Both the position numbers and the translations under genes were made by a program. From Mobula hypostoma (lineage: Eukaryota): a DNA stretch of 64,000 bases. Shown piece by piece: positions 1 to 14,594 of this stretch; the first letter of the stretch is position 1; each line of letters starts with the position of its first letter. Below the pieces are notes generated by a model. The model was not told where the DNA came from. It saw nothing but the letters and a program-made list of their open reading frames with translations, and ran no database searches. Location: positions 94,552,001-94,616,000 of the forward strand of contig NC_086097.1 of the NCBI RefSeq assembly GCF_963921235.1, given 5' to 3'.

Positions 1-445
1 CCAGGACTATCGGGTCCGAGTTATTGGGAGAGCTTGGCCATGCTCGGTCTCAATTCCTTGGAAATTAGGAGAATAAAGGATGACCTTTATAGAAGCTTTT
101 AAAATTGTGATAAGGTGGATGGCAACAGATCTTTCCCCTGGGTAAGGGAGGCCAGAGCTAGGGGAGATAGATTTAGGGTGAGAGGGGAAAGATTTAAAAG
201 GGACCCGACGGGCAGTTTTTCATACAGCAGGCTGAGAGTGTATGAAATGAGCTGCCAGAAGAAATGTTGGAGGCAGATACAATAGAAAGACGTGAGAAGC
301 ACTGGGAGAGGTAGAAGGAGGGCAGGGCTAGAGGGATATGGGTCAAATGCAGGACGTTCTGACCAGTTGGATGGGCAACAGAGTAAGCATGGACTTGTTG
401 GGCTGAAGGGTCTGTATTTGTGCTGAATTGCTCTGTAACTCTGAA
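1..445 (+). mobile_element. Degenerate CR1 LINE 3' fragment
   Basis: Decayed match to the CR1 ORF2 C-terminus/3' UTR seen in better copies in this window (LYSLE..R..GDL.E.FKI region) ending in ctctgtaactctga; no intact ORF. Confidence 0.7.
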
Positions 446-988
446 TGTGAACTCCAGGAGGGAGTTAACTCAGGGGGAGTTTGGAGTGTTGAACAACAGG
501 GAGAGCAGTGGCTAGAAAGAGAGTTGTTAAACTTATGGAGTTTGGGATGGGGCAGCAGAGTCGATCAGTGCAGTAAAACTCTCCTGTTAACACACTGAGT
601 TTTCCAATTTCAAACCACCCTTCCTTTCTATATTGTTCCTATTCACTATCCCTCTCCTTCCAATTCACCTCTGACCCTCTCATCCTTGTTCTCTTTCCCA
701 TACCCCATCTCCACCCCCTTCAACCATTTCTATACCCCTCCTGGTTTAATCCACATTAAACCCACCAATCCCCTCACCTGTCCTTCATCTCTTCCCAAAT
801 GGTTCCCATTGCTACCTTCCTTAGTTATCAGATTCCAGCACCGGTAACCCATGTGTTGTTTATCAACCTCCTGCCTCTGTCACTACCTTCTCCCTTCCCT
901 CTGTCACCTGCCCATCATCCGCCACCCTCCTTCGTTCCAATAATCACCCTCTGGCCTGTCTCACTAATGAAGTCACCCTGTTGGCTTC

Positions 989-993
<5 letters not shown>

Positions 994-1031
<38 letters not shown>

Positions 1032-1163
1032 TGTGCGTGAGAGAGAGAGAGAGAGAGAGAATGTGTGTGTGTGAATGTGTGTATGTGAGAATGTTGCGTG
1101 TGTGTTTGTGAGTGTGTGTGTGTGAATGTGTTTGTGTGTGTGAGTATGTATGTGAATGTGTGA

Positions 1164-1198
<35 letters not shown>
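994..1198. repeat. Compound (GT)n/(GA)n microsatellite
   Basis: Directly visible GT and GA dinucleotide tracts with interruptions. Confidence 0.95.
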
Positions 1199-1200
<2 letters not shown>

Positions 1201-1415
1201 GTCCCACACTTCTCTAGCTAGCCTCCTTCTGCATTCTTAGTCCTGATACAGGGTCTCAATCTGAAACATGAACAATTTCTTTCCCCCGGTAGATGCTGAT
1301 TGATCTGCTGAGTGGCCCGAGCAGATGATTGTTGATGGAAATTCAAGCCACTGTTGTTGGTTTCTTGTATCTGCTTCTCCCACAGGTTATTCCCAGCAGT
1401 GCTGAGTGCTGCCTG

Positions 1416-1429
1416 CCCCTAGGTGGCAG
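1416..1429 (+). promoter_or_regulatory. CTCF core motif match
   Basis: CCCCTAGGTGGCAG vs core consensus CCASYAGRKGGCRS, one mismatch; 18 bp upstream of the first array unit. Motif only, binding not shown. Confidence 0.45.
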
Positions 1430-1447
1430 TGTTTATACTTCATGTGT

Positions 1448-1458
1448 GCATCTACATG

Positions 1459-1511
<53 letters not shown>

Positions 1512-1530
1512 GTGTGTGCATCTAAATGTC

Positions 1531-1569
<39 letters not shown>

Positions 1570-1591
1570 GTGTGAGCATCTACATGTCCGT

Positions 1592-1635
<44 letters not shown>

Positions 1636-1821
1636 ATCTACATGTCCGTGTGTGTGTTTGTGTGTGTGTGTTTGTGGGTGCATCTACATGTCCGTGTGTG
1701 TGTGTGTGTGTGTGTGCGTGTGTGCATCTACATGTCCGTGTGTGTGTGTGTGTGTGTGTGCATCTACATGTCCATCTGTGTGTGTGTGTGTGTGTGTGTG
1801 TGTGCATCTACATGTCCGTGT

Positions 1822-1856
<35 letters not shown>

Positions 1857-2050
1857 AGTGTGTGTGTGTGTGTGTGCATCTACATGTCCGTGTGTGTGTG
1901 TGTGTGTGTGTGCATCTACATGTCCGTGTGTGTGCGTGTGTGTGTGTGTGTGTGCGTGTGTGTGTGCATCTACATGTGCGTGTGTGTGCGTGTGTGTGTG
2001 CATCTACATGTGCGTGTGTGTGTGTGTGTGTGTGTGGGTGCATCTACATA

Positions 2051-2087
<37 letters not shown>

Positions 2088-2179
2088 GTGCATCTACATG
2101 TCCGTGTGTGTGTGTGTGTGTGTGCATCTACATGTCCATGTGTGTGTGTGTGTGTGTGTGTGCATCTACATGTCCGTGT

Positions 2180-2217
<38 letters not shown>

Positions 2218-2451
2218 ATCTACATGTCCGTGTGTGTGTGTGTGTGTGAGTGTGTGTGTGTGTGTGTGTGCATCTACATGTCCGTGTGTGTGCGTGTGTG
2301 TGTGTGCATCTACATGTCCGTGTGTGTGTGTGTGTGTGCATCTACATGTGCGTGTGTGTGTTTGTGTGTGTGTGTGTGTGTCTGTGCATCTACATGTCCG
2401 TGTGTGTGTTTGTGTGTGTGTGTGTGCGTGTGTGCATCTACATGTCCGTGT

Positions 2452-2482
<31 letters not shown>

Positions 2483-2499
2483 CATCTACATGTCCGTGT

Positions 2500-2545
<46 letters not shown>

Positions 2546-2597
2546 ATGTGCATCTACATGTGTGTGTGTGTGCGTGTGTGCATCTACATGTCCGTGT

Positions 2598-2633
<36 letters not shown>

Positions 2634-2642
2634 ATCTACATG

Positions 2643-2681
<39 letters not shown>

Positions 2682-2690
2682 ATCTACATG

Positions 2691-2731
<41 letters not shown>

Positions 2732-2778
2732 ATCTACATGTCCGTGTGTGTGTGTGTGTGTGTGCATCTACATGTCCA

Positions 2779-2811
<33 letters not shown>

Positions 2812-2827
2812 ATCTACATGTCCGTGT

Positions 2828-2865
<38 letters not shown>

Positions 2866-3088
2866 ATCTACATGTCCGTGTGTGTGTGTGTGTGTGAGTG
2901 TGTGTGTGTGTGTGTGCATCTACATGTCCGTGTGTGTGTGTGTGTGTGTGTGTGCATCTACATGTCCGTGTGTGTGCGTGTGTGTGTGTGTGTGTGTGCG
3001 TGTGTGTGCGTGTGTGTGTGCATCTACATGTGCGTGTGTGTGTGCGTGTGTGTGTGCATCTACATGTGCGTGTGTGTGTGCATCTACA

Positions 3089-3127
<39 letters not shown>

Positions 3128-3253
3128 ATCTACATGTCCGTGTGTGTGTGTGTGTGTGTGTGCGTGTGTGCATCTACATGTCCGTGTGTGTGTGTGCATC
3201 TACATGTCCGTGTGTGTGTGTGTGTGTGTGTGTGTGCATCTACATGTCCGTGT

Positions 3254-3285
<32 letters not shown>

Positions 3286-3366
3286 GAGTGTGTGTGTGTG
3301 TGTGTGTGAGTGTGTGTGTGTGTGTGTGTGCATCTACATGTCCGTGTGTGTGCGTGTGTGTGTGTG

Positions 3367-3403
<37 letters not shown>

Positions 3404-3591
3404 ATCTACATGTCCGTGTGTGTGTGTGTGTGCATCTACATGTGCGTGTGTGTGTTTGTGTGTGTGTGTGTGTGTCTGTGCATCTACATGTCCGTGTGTG
3501 TGTTTGTGTGTGTGTGTGTGTGTGCGCAGGTGTGTGTGTATGTGCATCTACATGTGTGTGTGTGTACGTGTGTGCATCTACATGTCCGTGT

Positions 3592-3635
<44 letters not shown>

Positions 3636-3647
3636 CTACATGTCCGT

Positions 3648-3685
<38 letters not shown>

Positions 3686-3870
3686 ATCTACATGTCCGTG
3701 TGTGTGTGTGTGTGTGTGTGTGTGCATCTACATGTCCGTGTGTGTGTGTGTGTGTGTGTGTGCGTGTGTGCATCTACATGTCCGTGTGTGTGTGTGTGTG
3801 TGTGTGCATCTACATGTCCGTGTGTGTGCGTGTGTGTGCGTGTGCGTGTGTGTGTGTGTGCATCTACATG

Positions 3871-3911
<41 letters not shown>

Positions 3912-3970
3912 GTGTGTGCATCTACATGTCCATGTGTGTGTGTGTGTGCGTGTGTGTGAGCATCTACATG

Positions 3971-4013
<43 letters not shown>

Positions 4014-4066
4014 ATCTACATGTCCGTGTGTGTGTTTGTGTGTGTGTGTGTGGGTGCATCTACATG

Positions 4067-4109
<43 letters not shown>

Positions 4110-4122
4110 GTGCATCTACATG

Positions 4123-4159
<37 letters not shown>

Positions 4160-4571
4160 ATCTACATGTCCATGTGTGTGTGTGTGTGTGTGTGCATCTA
4201 CATGTCCGTGTGTGTGTTTGTGTGTGTGTGTGTGTGTGCATCTACATGTGTGTGTGTGTGTGAGTGTGTGTGTGTGTGCATCTACATGTCCGTGTGTGTG
4301 TGTGTGTGTGTGCATCTACATGTCCGTGTGTGTGCGTGTGTGTGTGTGTGTGTGCGTGTGTGTGTGAATCTACATGTGCGTGTGTGTGTGCATCTACATG
4401 TCCGTGTGTGTGTGTGTGTGTGTGTGCATCTACAAGTCCGTGTGTGTGTGTGTGTGTGCATCAACATGTGCGTGTGTGTGTTTGTGTGTGTGTGTGTGTG
4501 TCTGTGCATCTACATGTCCGTGTGTGTGTTTGTGTGTGTGTGTGTGCGTGTGTGCATCTACATGTCCGTGT

Positions 4572-4602
<31 letters not shown>

Positions 4603-4619
4603 CATCTACATGTCCGTGT

Positions 4620-4667
<48 letters not shown>

Positions 4668-4739
4668 ATGTGCATCTACATGTGTGTGTGTGTGCGTGTG
4701 TGCATCTACATGTGCGTGTGTGCATCTACATGTCCGTGT

Positions 4740-4775
<36 letters not shown>

Positions 4776-4826
4776 ATCTACATGTCCGTGTGTGAGTTTG
4801 TGTGTGTGTGTGTGTGCATCTACATG

Positions 4827-4871
<45 letters not shown>

Positions 4872-4965
4872 ATCTACATGTCCGTGTGTGTGTGTGTGTG
4901 TGTGCATCTACATGTCCATCTGTGTGTGTGTGTGTGTGTGTGTGTGTGCATCTACATGTCCGTGT

Positions 4966-5003
<38 letters not shown>

Positions 5004-5216
5004 ATCTACATGTCCGTGTGTGTGTGTGTGTGTGAGTGTGTGTGTGTGTGTGTGCATCTACATGTCCGTGTGTGTGTGTGTGTGTGTGTGCATCTACATG
5101 TCCGTGTGTGTGCGTGTGTGTGTGTGTGTGTGTGTGCGTGTGTGTGTGCATCTACATGTGCGTGTGTGTGTGCGTGTGTGTGTGCATCTACATGTGCGTG
5201 TGTGTGTGCATCTACA

Positions 5217-5255
<39 letters not shown>

Positions 5256-5336
5256 ATCTACATGTCCGTGTGTGTGTGTGTGTGTGTGTGTGCGTGTGTG
5301 CATCTACATGTCCGTGTGTGTGTGTGCATCTACATG

Positions 5337-5377
<41 letters not shown>

Positions 5378-5393
5378 ATCTACATGTCCGTGT

Positions 5394-5425
<32 letters not shown>

Positions 5426-5504
5426 GAGTGTGTGTGTGTGTGTGTGTGAGTGTGTGTGTGTGTGTGTGTGCATCTACATGTCCGTGTGTGTGCGTGTGTG
5501 TGTG

Positions 5505-5541
<37 letters not shown>

Positions 5542-5729
5542 ATCTACATGTCCGTGTGTGTGTGTGTGTGCATCTACATGTGCGTGTGTGTGTTTGTGTG
5601 TGTGTGTGTGTGTCTGTGCATCTACATGTCCGTGTGTGTGTTTGTGTGTGTGTGTGTGTGTGCGCAGGTGTGTGTGTATGTGCATCTACATGTGTGTGTG
5701 TGTGCGTGTGTGCATCTACATGTCCGTGT

Positions 5730-5771
<42 letters not shown>

Positions 5772-5940
5772 ATCTACATGTCCGTGTGTGAGTTTGTGTG
5801 TGTGTGTGTGTGTGTGTGTGCATCTACATGTCCGTGTGTGTGTGTGTGTGTGTGTGTGCATCTACATGTCCGTGTGTGTGTGTGTGTGTGTGTGTGCGTG
5901 TGTGCATCTACATGTCCGTGTGTGTGTGTGCATCTACATG

Positions 5941-5979
<39 letters not shown>

Positions 5980-5988
5980 ATCTACATG

Positions 5989-6034
<46 letters not shown>

Positions 6035-6114
6035 TGTGTGTGTGTGTGTGTGTGAGTGTGTGTGTGTGTGTGTGTGCATCTACATGTCCGTGTGTGTGCG
6101 TGTGTGTGTGTGTG

Positions 6115-6148
<34 letters not shown>

Positions 6149-6337
6149 CATCTACATGTCCGTGTGTGTGTGTGTGTGCATCTACATGTGCGTGTGTGTG
6201 TTTGTGTGTGTGTGTGTGTGTCTGTGCATCTACATGTCCGTGTGTGTGTTTGTGTGTGTGTGTGTGTGTGCGCAGGTGTGTGTGTATGTGCATCTACATG
6301 TGTGTGTGTGTGCGTGTGTGCATCTACATGTCCGTGT

Positions 6338-6379
<42 letters not shown>

Positions 6380-6617
6380 ATCTACATGTCCGTGTGTGAG
6401 TTTGTGTGTGTGTGTGTGTGTGTGTGTGCATCTACATGTCCGTGTGTGTGTGTGTGTGCATCTACATGTGCGTGTGTGTGTTTGTGTGTGTGTGTGTGTG
6501 TCTGTGCATCTACATGTCCGTGTGTGTGTTTGTGTGTGTGTGTGTGTGTGCGCAGGTGTGTGTGTATGTGCATCTACATGTGTGTGTGTGTGCGTGTGTG
6601 CATCTACATGTCCGTGT

Positions 6618-6659
<42 letters not shown>

Positions 6660-6826
6660 ATCTACATGTCCGTGTGTGAGTTTGTGTGTGTGTGTGTGTG
6701 TGTGTGTGCATCTACATGTCCGTGTGTGTGTGTGTGTGTGTGTGTGCATCTACATGTCCGTGTGTGTGTGTGTGTGTGTGTGCGTGTGTGCATCTACATG
6801 TCCGTGTGTGTGTGTGCATCTACATG

Positions 6827-6867
<41 letters not shown>

Positions 6868-6883
6868 ATCTACATGTCCGTGT

Positions 6884-6967
<84 letters not shown>

Positions 6968-7004
6968 ATCTACATGTCCGTGTGTGTGCGTGTGTGTGTG
7001 TGTG

Positions 7005-7036
<32 letters not shown>

Positions 7037-7212
7037 CATCTACATGTCCGTGTGTGTGTGTGTGTGCATCTACATGTGCGTGTGTGTGTTTGTGTGTGTG
7101 TGTGTGTGTCTGTGCATCTACATGTCCGTGTGTGTGTTTGTGTGTGTGTGTGTGTGTGCGCAGGTGTGTGTGTATGTGCATCTACATGTGTGTGTGTGTG
7201 CGTGTGTGCATC

Positions 7213-7269
<57 letters not shown>

Positions 7270-7367
7270 ATCTACATGTCCGTGTGTGAGTTTGTGTGTG
7301 TGTGTGTGTGTGTGTGTGCATCTACATGTCCGTGTGTGTGTGTGTGTGTGTGTGTGCAATCTACATG

Positions 7368-7406
<39 letters not shown>

Positions 7407-7505
7407 ATCTACATGTCCGTGTGTGTGTGTGTGTGTGTGTGCATCTACATGTCCGTGTGTGTGCGTGTGTGTGCGTGTGCGTGTGTGTGTGTGTGCATCT
7501 ACATG

Positions 7506-7546
<41 letters not shown>

Positions 7547-7610
7547 GTGTGTGCATCTACATGTCCATGTGTGTGTGTGTGTGCGTGTGTGTGAGCATCT
7601 ACATGTCCGT

Positions 7611-7648
<38 letters not shown>

Positions 7649-7699
7649 CTACATGTCCGTGTGTGTGTTTGTGTGTGTGTGTGTGGGTGCATCTACATG

Positions 7700-7742
<43 letters not shown>

Positions 7743-7755
7743 GTGCATCTACATG

Positions 7756-7790
<35 letters not shown>

Positions 7791-8158
7791 ATCTACATGT
7801 CCATGTGTGTGTGTGTGTGTGTGTGCATCTACATGTCCGTGTGTGTGTTTGTGTGTGTGTGTGTGTGTGCATCTACATGTGTGTGTGTGTGTGAGTGTGT
7901 GTGTGTGTGCATCTACATGTCCGTGTGTGTGTGTGTGTGTGTGCATCTACATGTCCGTGTGTGTGAGTGTGTGTGTGTGTGTGTGCGTGTGTGTGTGCAT
8001 CTAAATGTGCGTGTGTGTGTGCATCTACATGTCCGTGTGTGTGTGTGTGTGTGTGTGCATCTACAAGTCCGTGTGTGTGTGTGTGTGTGCATCAACATGT
8101 GCGTGTGTGTGTTTGTGTGTGTGTGTGTGTGTGTCTGTGCATCTACATGTCCGTGTGT

Positions 8159-8196
<38 letters not shown>

Positions 8197-8277
8197 GTGC
8201 ATCTACATGTCCGTGTGTGTGTTTGTGTGTGTGTGAGTGTGTGTGTGTGTGTGTGTGCATCTAGATGTCCGTGTGTG

Positions 8278-8328
<51 letters not shown>

Positions 8329-8526
8329 GTATGTGCATCTACATGTCCGTGTGTGTGTGTGTGTGTGTGTGCGCGTGTGTGCATCTACATGTCCGTGTGT
8401 GTGCGTGTGTGTGTGTGTGCGTGTGTGTGTGTGTGCATCTACATGTCCGTGTGTGTGTGTGTGTGTGTGTGTGCAGCTACATGTCCGTGTCTGTGTCTGT
8501 GTGTCTGTGCATCTACATGTCCGTGT

Positions 8527-8557
<31 letters not shown>

Positions 8558-8570
8558 CATCTACATGTCC

Positions 8571-8601
<31 letters not shown>

Positions 8602-8611
8602 CATCTACATG

Positions 8612-8648
<37 letters not shown>

Positions 8649-8670
8649 GTGTGAGCATCTACATGTCTGT

Positions 8671-8708
<38 letters not shown>

Positions 8709-8722
8709 CTACATGTCCATGT

Positions 8723-8760
<38 letters not shown>

Positions 8761-8907
8761 ATCTACATGTCCGTGTGTGTGTGTGTGTGTGAGTGTGTGT
8801 GTGTGTGTGTGCATCTACATGTCCGTGTGTGTGTGTGTGTGTGTGCATCTACATGTCCGTGTGTGTGCATGTGTGTGCGTGTGCGTGTGTGTGTGTGCAT
8901 CTACATG

Positions 8908-8946
<39 letters not shown>

Positions 8947-9116
8947 GTGTGCATCTACATGTGCGTGTGTGTGTGCGTGTGTGTGTGCATCTACATGTCC
9001 GTGTGTGTGTGTGTGTGTGTGCATCTACATGTCCGTGTGTGTGTGTGTGTGTGCATCTACATGTGCGTGTGTGTGTTTGTGTGTGTGTGTGTGTCTGTGC
9101 ATCTACATGTCCGTGT

Positions 9117-9160
<44 letters not shown>

Positions 9161-9410
9161 GTGCATCTACATGTCCGTGTGTGTGTTTGTGTGTGTGTGT
9201 GTGTGTGCATCTACATGTCCGTGTGTGTGTTTGTGTGTGTGTGTGTGTGTGTGTTTGTGTGTGTGTATGTGCATCTACATGTGTGTGTGTGTGTGTGCAT
9301 CTACATGTCCGTGTGTGTTTGTCTGTGTGTGTGTGTGTGTGTGCGTGTGTGCATCTACATGTCCGTGTGTGTGTTTGTGTGTGTGTGTGTGTGCATCTAC
9401 ATCTCCGTGT

Positions 9411-9462
<52 letters not shown>

Positions 9463-9519
9463 GTGTGTATGTGCATCTACATGTCCGTGTGTGTGTGTGT
9501 GTGTGTGCATCTACATGTC

Positions 9520-9562
<43 letters not shown>

Positions 9563-9825
9563 ATCTACATGTCCGTGTGTGTGTGTGTGTGTGTGCGTGT
9601 GTGCATCTACATGTCCCTGTGTGTGTGTGTGTGTGTGTGCATCTACATGTCCGTGTGTGTGTGTGTGTGTGTGTGTGCATCTACATGTCCGTGTGTGTGC
9701 GTGTGTGTGCGTGTGCGTGTGTGTGTGTGCATCTACATGTCCGTGTGTGTGTGTGTGTGTGTGCGCGTGTGTGTGTGCATCTACATGTGCGTGTGTGTGT
9801 GCGTGTGTGTGTGCATCTACATGTC

Positions 9826-9862
<37 letters not shown>

Positions 9863-9956
9863 CTACATGTCCGTGTGTGTGTGTGTGTGCATCTACATGT
9901 GCGTGTGTGTGTTTGTGTGTGTGTGTGTGTGTGTCTGTGCATCTACATGTCCGTGT

Positions 9957-9994
<38 letters not shown>

Positions 9995-10148
9995 GTGCAT
10001 CTACATGTCCGTGTGTGTGTTTGTGTGTGTGTGTGTGTGTGTGCATCTACATGTCCGTGTGTGTGTTTGTGTGTGTGTGTGTGTGTGTGCGCGTGTGTGT
10101 GTATGTGCATCTACATGTGTGTGTGTGTGTGTATCTACATGTCCGTGT

Positions 10149-10188
<40 letters not shown>

Positions 10189-10260
10189 GTGCATCTACAT
10201 GTCCGTGTGTGTGTTTGTGTGCGTGTGTGTGTGTGTGTATGTGCATCTACATGTCCCTGT

Positions 10261-10307
<47 letters not shown>

Positions 10308-10404
10308 CGCGTGTGTGTGTATGTGCATCTACATGTCCGTGTGTGTGTGTGTGTGCATCTACATGTCCGTGTGTGTGTGTGTGTGTGTGTGCATCTACAT
10401 GTCC

Positions 10405-10442
<38 letters not shown>

Positions 10443-10573
10443 ATCTACATGTCCGTGTGTGTGTGTGTGTGTGTGTGCGTGTGTGTGTGCATCTACATGT
10501 CCCTGTGTGTGTGTGTGTGTGTGTGCATCTACATGTCCGTGTGTGTGTGTGTGTGTGTGTGTGCATCTACATG

Positions 10574-10622
<49 letters not shown>

Positions 10623-10631
10623 ATCTACATG

Positions 10632-10672
<41 letters not shown>

Positions 10673-10681
10673 ATCTACATG

Positions 10682-10716
<35 letters not shown>

Positions 10717-10725
10717 ATCTACATG

Positions 10726-10764
<39 letters not shown>

Positions 10765-10907
10765 CTACATGTCCGTGTGTGTGTGTGTGTGCATCTACAT
10801 GTGCGTGTGTGTGTTTGTGTGTGTGTGTGTGTGTCTGTGCATCTACATGTCCGTGTGTGTGTTTGTGTGTGTGTGTGTGTGTGTGCATCTACATGTCCGT
10901 GTGTGTG

Positions 10908-10939
<32 letters not shown>

Positions 10940-11042
10940 ATCTACATGTCCGTGTGTGTGTTTGTGTGTGTGTGTGTGTGTGTGCGCGTGTGTGTGTATG
11001 TGCATCTACATGTGTGTGTGTGTGTGTGTGCATCTACATGTC

Positions 11043-11094
<52 letters not shown>

Positions 11095-11103
11095 ATCTAC
11101 ATG

Positions 11104-11148
<45 letters not shown>

Positions 11149-11158
11149 ATCTACATGT

Positions 11159-11191
<33 letters not shown>

Positions 11192-11200
11192 ATCTACATG

Positions 11201-11245
<45 letters not shown>

Positions 11246-11254
11246 ATCTACATG

Positions 11255-11315
<61 letters not shown>

Positions 11316-11360
11316 ATCTACATGTCCGTGTGTGTGTGTGTGTGTGTGTGCATCTACATG

Positions 11361-11403
<43 letters not shown>

Positions 11404-11451
11404 ATCTACATGTCCGTGTGTGTGTGCGTGTGTGTGTGCATCTACATGTCC

Positions 11452-11495
<44 letters not shown>

Positions 11496-11541
11496 CTACA
11501 TTTCCGTGTGTGTGTGTGTGTGTGCATCTACATGTCCGTGT

Positions 11542-11581
<40 letters not shown>

Positions 11582-11594
11582 GTCCATCTACATG

Positions 11595-11637
<43 letters not shown>

Positions 11638-11646
11638 ATCTACATG

Positions 11647-11685
<39 letters not shown>

Positions 11686-11752
11686 GTGTGAGCATCTACA
11701 TGTCCGTGTGTATGTGTGTCTGTGTGTGTGTGTGTGTGTGGATCTACATGTC

Positions 11753-11785
<33 letters not shown>

Positions 11786-11801
11786 ATCTACATGTCCGTG
11801 T

Positions 11802-11841
<40 letters not shown>

Positions 11842-11945
11842 ATCTACATGTCCGTGTGTGCGTGTGTGTGCGTGTGCGTGTGTGTGTGTGTGTGTATGTG
11901 CATCTACATGTTGGTGTGTGCGTGTGTGCATCTACATGTCCGTGT

Positions 11946-11987
<42 letters not shown>

Positions 11988-12006
11988 ATCTACATGTCCG
12001 TGTGTG

Positions 12007-12041
<35 letters not shown>

Positions 12042-12050
12042 ATCTACATG

Positions 12051-12088
<38 letters not shown>

Positions 12089-12243
12089 CATCTACATGTC
12101 CGTGTGTGTGTGTGTGTGTGTGTGTGCATCTACATGTCAGTGTGTGTGCGTGTGTGTGCGTGTGCGTGTGTGTGTGTGTGCATCTACATGTCCGTGTGTG
12201 TGTGTGTGTGTGTGTGCGTGTGTGTGAGCATCTACATGTCCGT

Positions 12244-12285
<42 letters not shown>

Positions 12286-12294
12286 ATCTACATG

Positions 12295-12331
<37 letters not shown>

Positions 12332-12645
12332 GTGCATCTACATGTCCGTGTGTGTGTGTGTGTGTGTGTGTGTGCATCTACATGTCCATGTGTGTGTGCA
12401 TCTACATGTCCGTGTGTGTGTTGTGTGTGTGTGTGTGTGTGTGTGTGTGCATCTACATATCCGTGTGTGTGTGTGTGTGTGTGAGTGTGTGTGTGTGTGT
12501 GTGTGCATCTACATGTCCGTGTGTGTGTGTGTGTGTGTGTGTGCATCTACATGTCCGTGTGTGTGCGTGTGTGTGTGTGTGTGTGTGCGTGTGTGTGTGC
12601 ATCTACATGTGCGTGTGTGTGTGCGTGTGTGTGTGCATCTACATG

Positions 12646-12676
<31 letters not shown>

Positions 12677-12820
12677 ACATCTACAAGTCCGTGTGTGTGT
12701 GTGTGTGTGCATCTACATGTGCGTGTGTGTGTTTGTGTGTGTGTGTGTGTGTCTGTGCATCTACATGTCCGTGTGTGTGTTTGTGTGTGTGTGTGTGTGT
12801 GTGCATCTACATGTCCGTGT

Positions 12821-12860
<40 letters not shown>

Positions 12861-12963
12861 ATCTACATGTCCGTGTGTGTGTTTGTGTGTGTGTGTGTGT
12901 GTGTGCGCGTGTGTGTGTATGTGCATCTACATGTGTGTGTGTGTGCGTGTGTGCATCTACATG

Positions 12964-13004
<41 letters not shown>

Positions 13005-13027
13005 ATCTACATGTCCGTGTGTGAGTT

Positions 13028-13064
<37 letters not shown>

Positions 13065-13117
13065 GTATGTGCATCTACATGTCCGTGTGTGTGTGTGTGT
13101 GTGTGTGCATCTACATG

Positions 13118-13150
<33 letters not shown>

Positions 13151-13203
13151 ATCTACATGTCCGTGTGTGTGTGTGTGTGTGTGTGCGTGTGTGCATCTAC
13201 ATG

Positions 13204-13236
<33 letters not shown>

Positions 13237-13297
13237 ATCTACATGTCCGTGTGTGTGCGTGTGTGTGCGTGTGCGTGTGTGTGTGCATCTACATGTC

Positions 13298-13337
<40 letters not shown>

Positions 13338-13654
13338 AGTGTGTGCATCTACATGTGTGTGTGTGTGTGTGTGTGCGTGTGTGTGTGCATCTACATGTCC
13401 GTGTGTGTGTGCGTGTGTGTGTGCATCTACATGTCCGTGTGTGTGTGTGTGTGTGTGCAGCTACATGTCCGTGTGTGTGTGTGTGTGTGTGTGCATCTAC
13501 ATGTCCGTGTGTGTGTGTGTGTGTGTGCGTGTTTGCATCTACATGTCCGTGTGTGTGTGTGTGTGTGTGTGCGTGTGTGTGAGCATCTACATGTCCGTGT
13601 GTATGTGTGTCTGTGTGTGTGTGTCTGTGTGTGTGTGTATCTACATGTCCATGT

Positions 13655-13690
<36 letters not shown>

Positions 13691-13988
13691 ATCTACATGT
13701 CCGTGTGTGTGTGTGTGTGTGTGTGAGTGTGTGTGTGTGTGTGTGTGAGTGTGTGTGTGTGTGTGTGCATCTACATGTCCGTGTGTGTGTGTGTGTGTGC
13801 ATCTACATGTCCGTGTGTGTGCATGAGTGTGCGTGTGCGTGTGTGTGTGTGCATCTACATGTCCGTGTGTGTGTGTGTGTGTGTGCGTGTGTGTGTGCAT
13901 CTACATGTCCGTGTGTGTGTGTGTGTGTGTGTGCATCTACATGTCCGTGTGTGTGTGTCTGTGCATCTACATGTCCGTGTGTGTGTTT

Positions 13989-14034
<46 letters not shown>

Positions 14035-14050
14035 ATCTACATGTCCGTGT

Positions 14051-14092
<42 letters not shown>

Positions 14093-14101
14093 ATCTACAT
14101 G

Positions 14102-14152
<51 letters not shown>

Positions 14153-14270
14153 ATCTACATGTCCGTGTGTGTGTGTGTGTGTGTGTGTGTGCATCTACAT
14201 GTCCGTGTGTGTGTGTGTGCATCTACATGTCCGTGTGTGTGTTTGTGTGTGTGTGTGTGTGTGTGCGTGT

Positions 14271-14308
<38 letters not shown>

Positions 14309-14324
14309 ATCTACATGTCCGTGT

Positions 14325-14369
<45 letters not shown>

Positions 14370-14397
14370 CGTGTGTGTGTGTATGTGCATCTACATG

Positions 14398-14436
<39 letters not shown>

Positions 14437-14445
14437 ATCTACATG

Positions 14446-14492
<47 letters not shown>

Positions 14493-14537
14493 ATCTACAT
14501 GTCCGTGTGTGTGTGTGTGTGTGTGTGTGTCTACATG

Positions 14538-14594
<57 letters not shown>

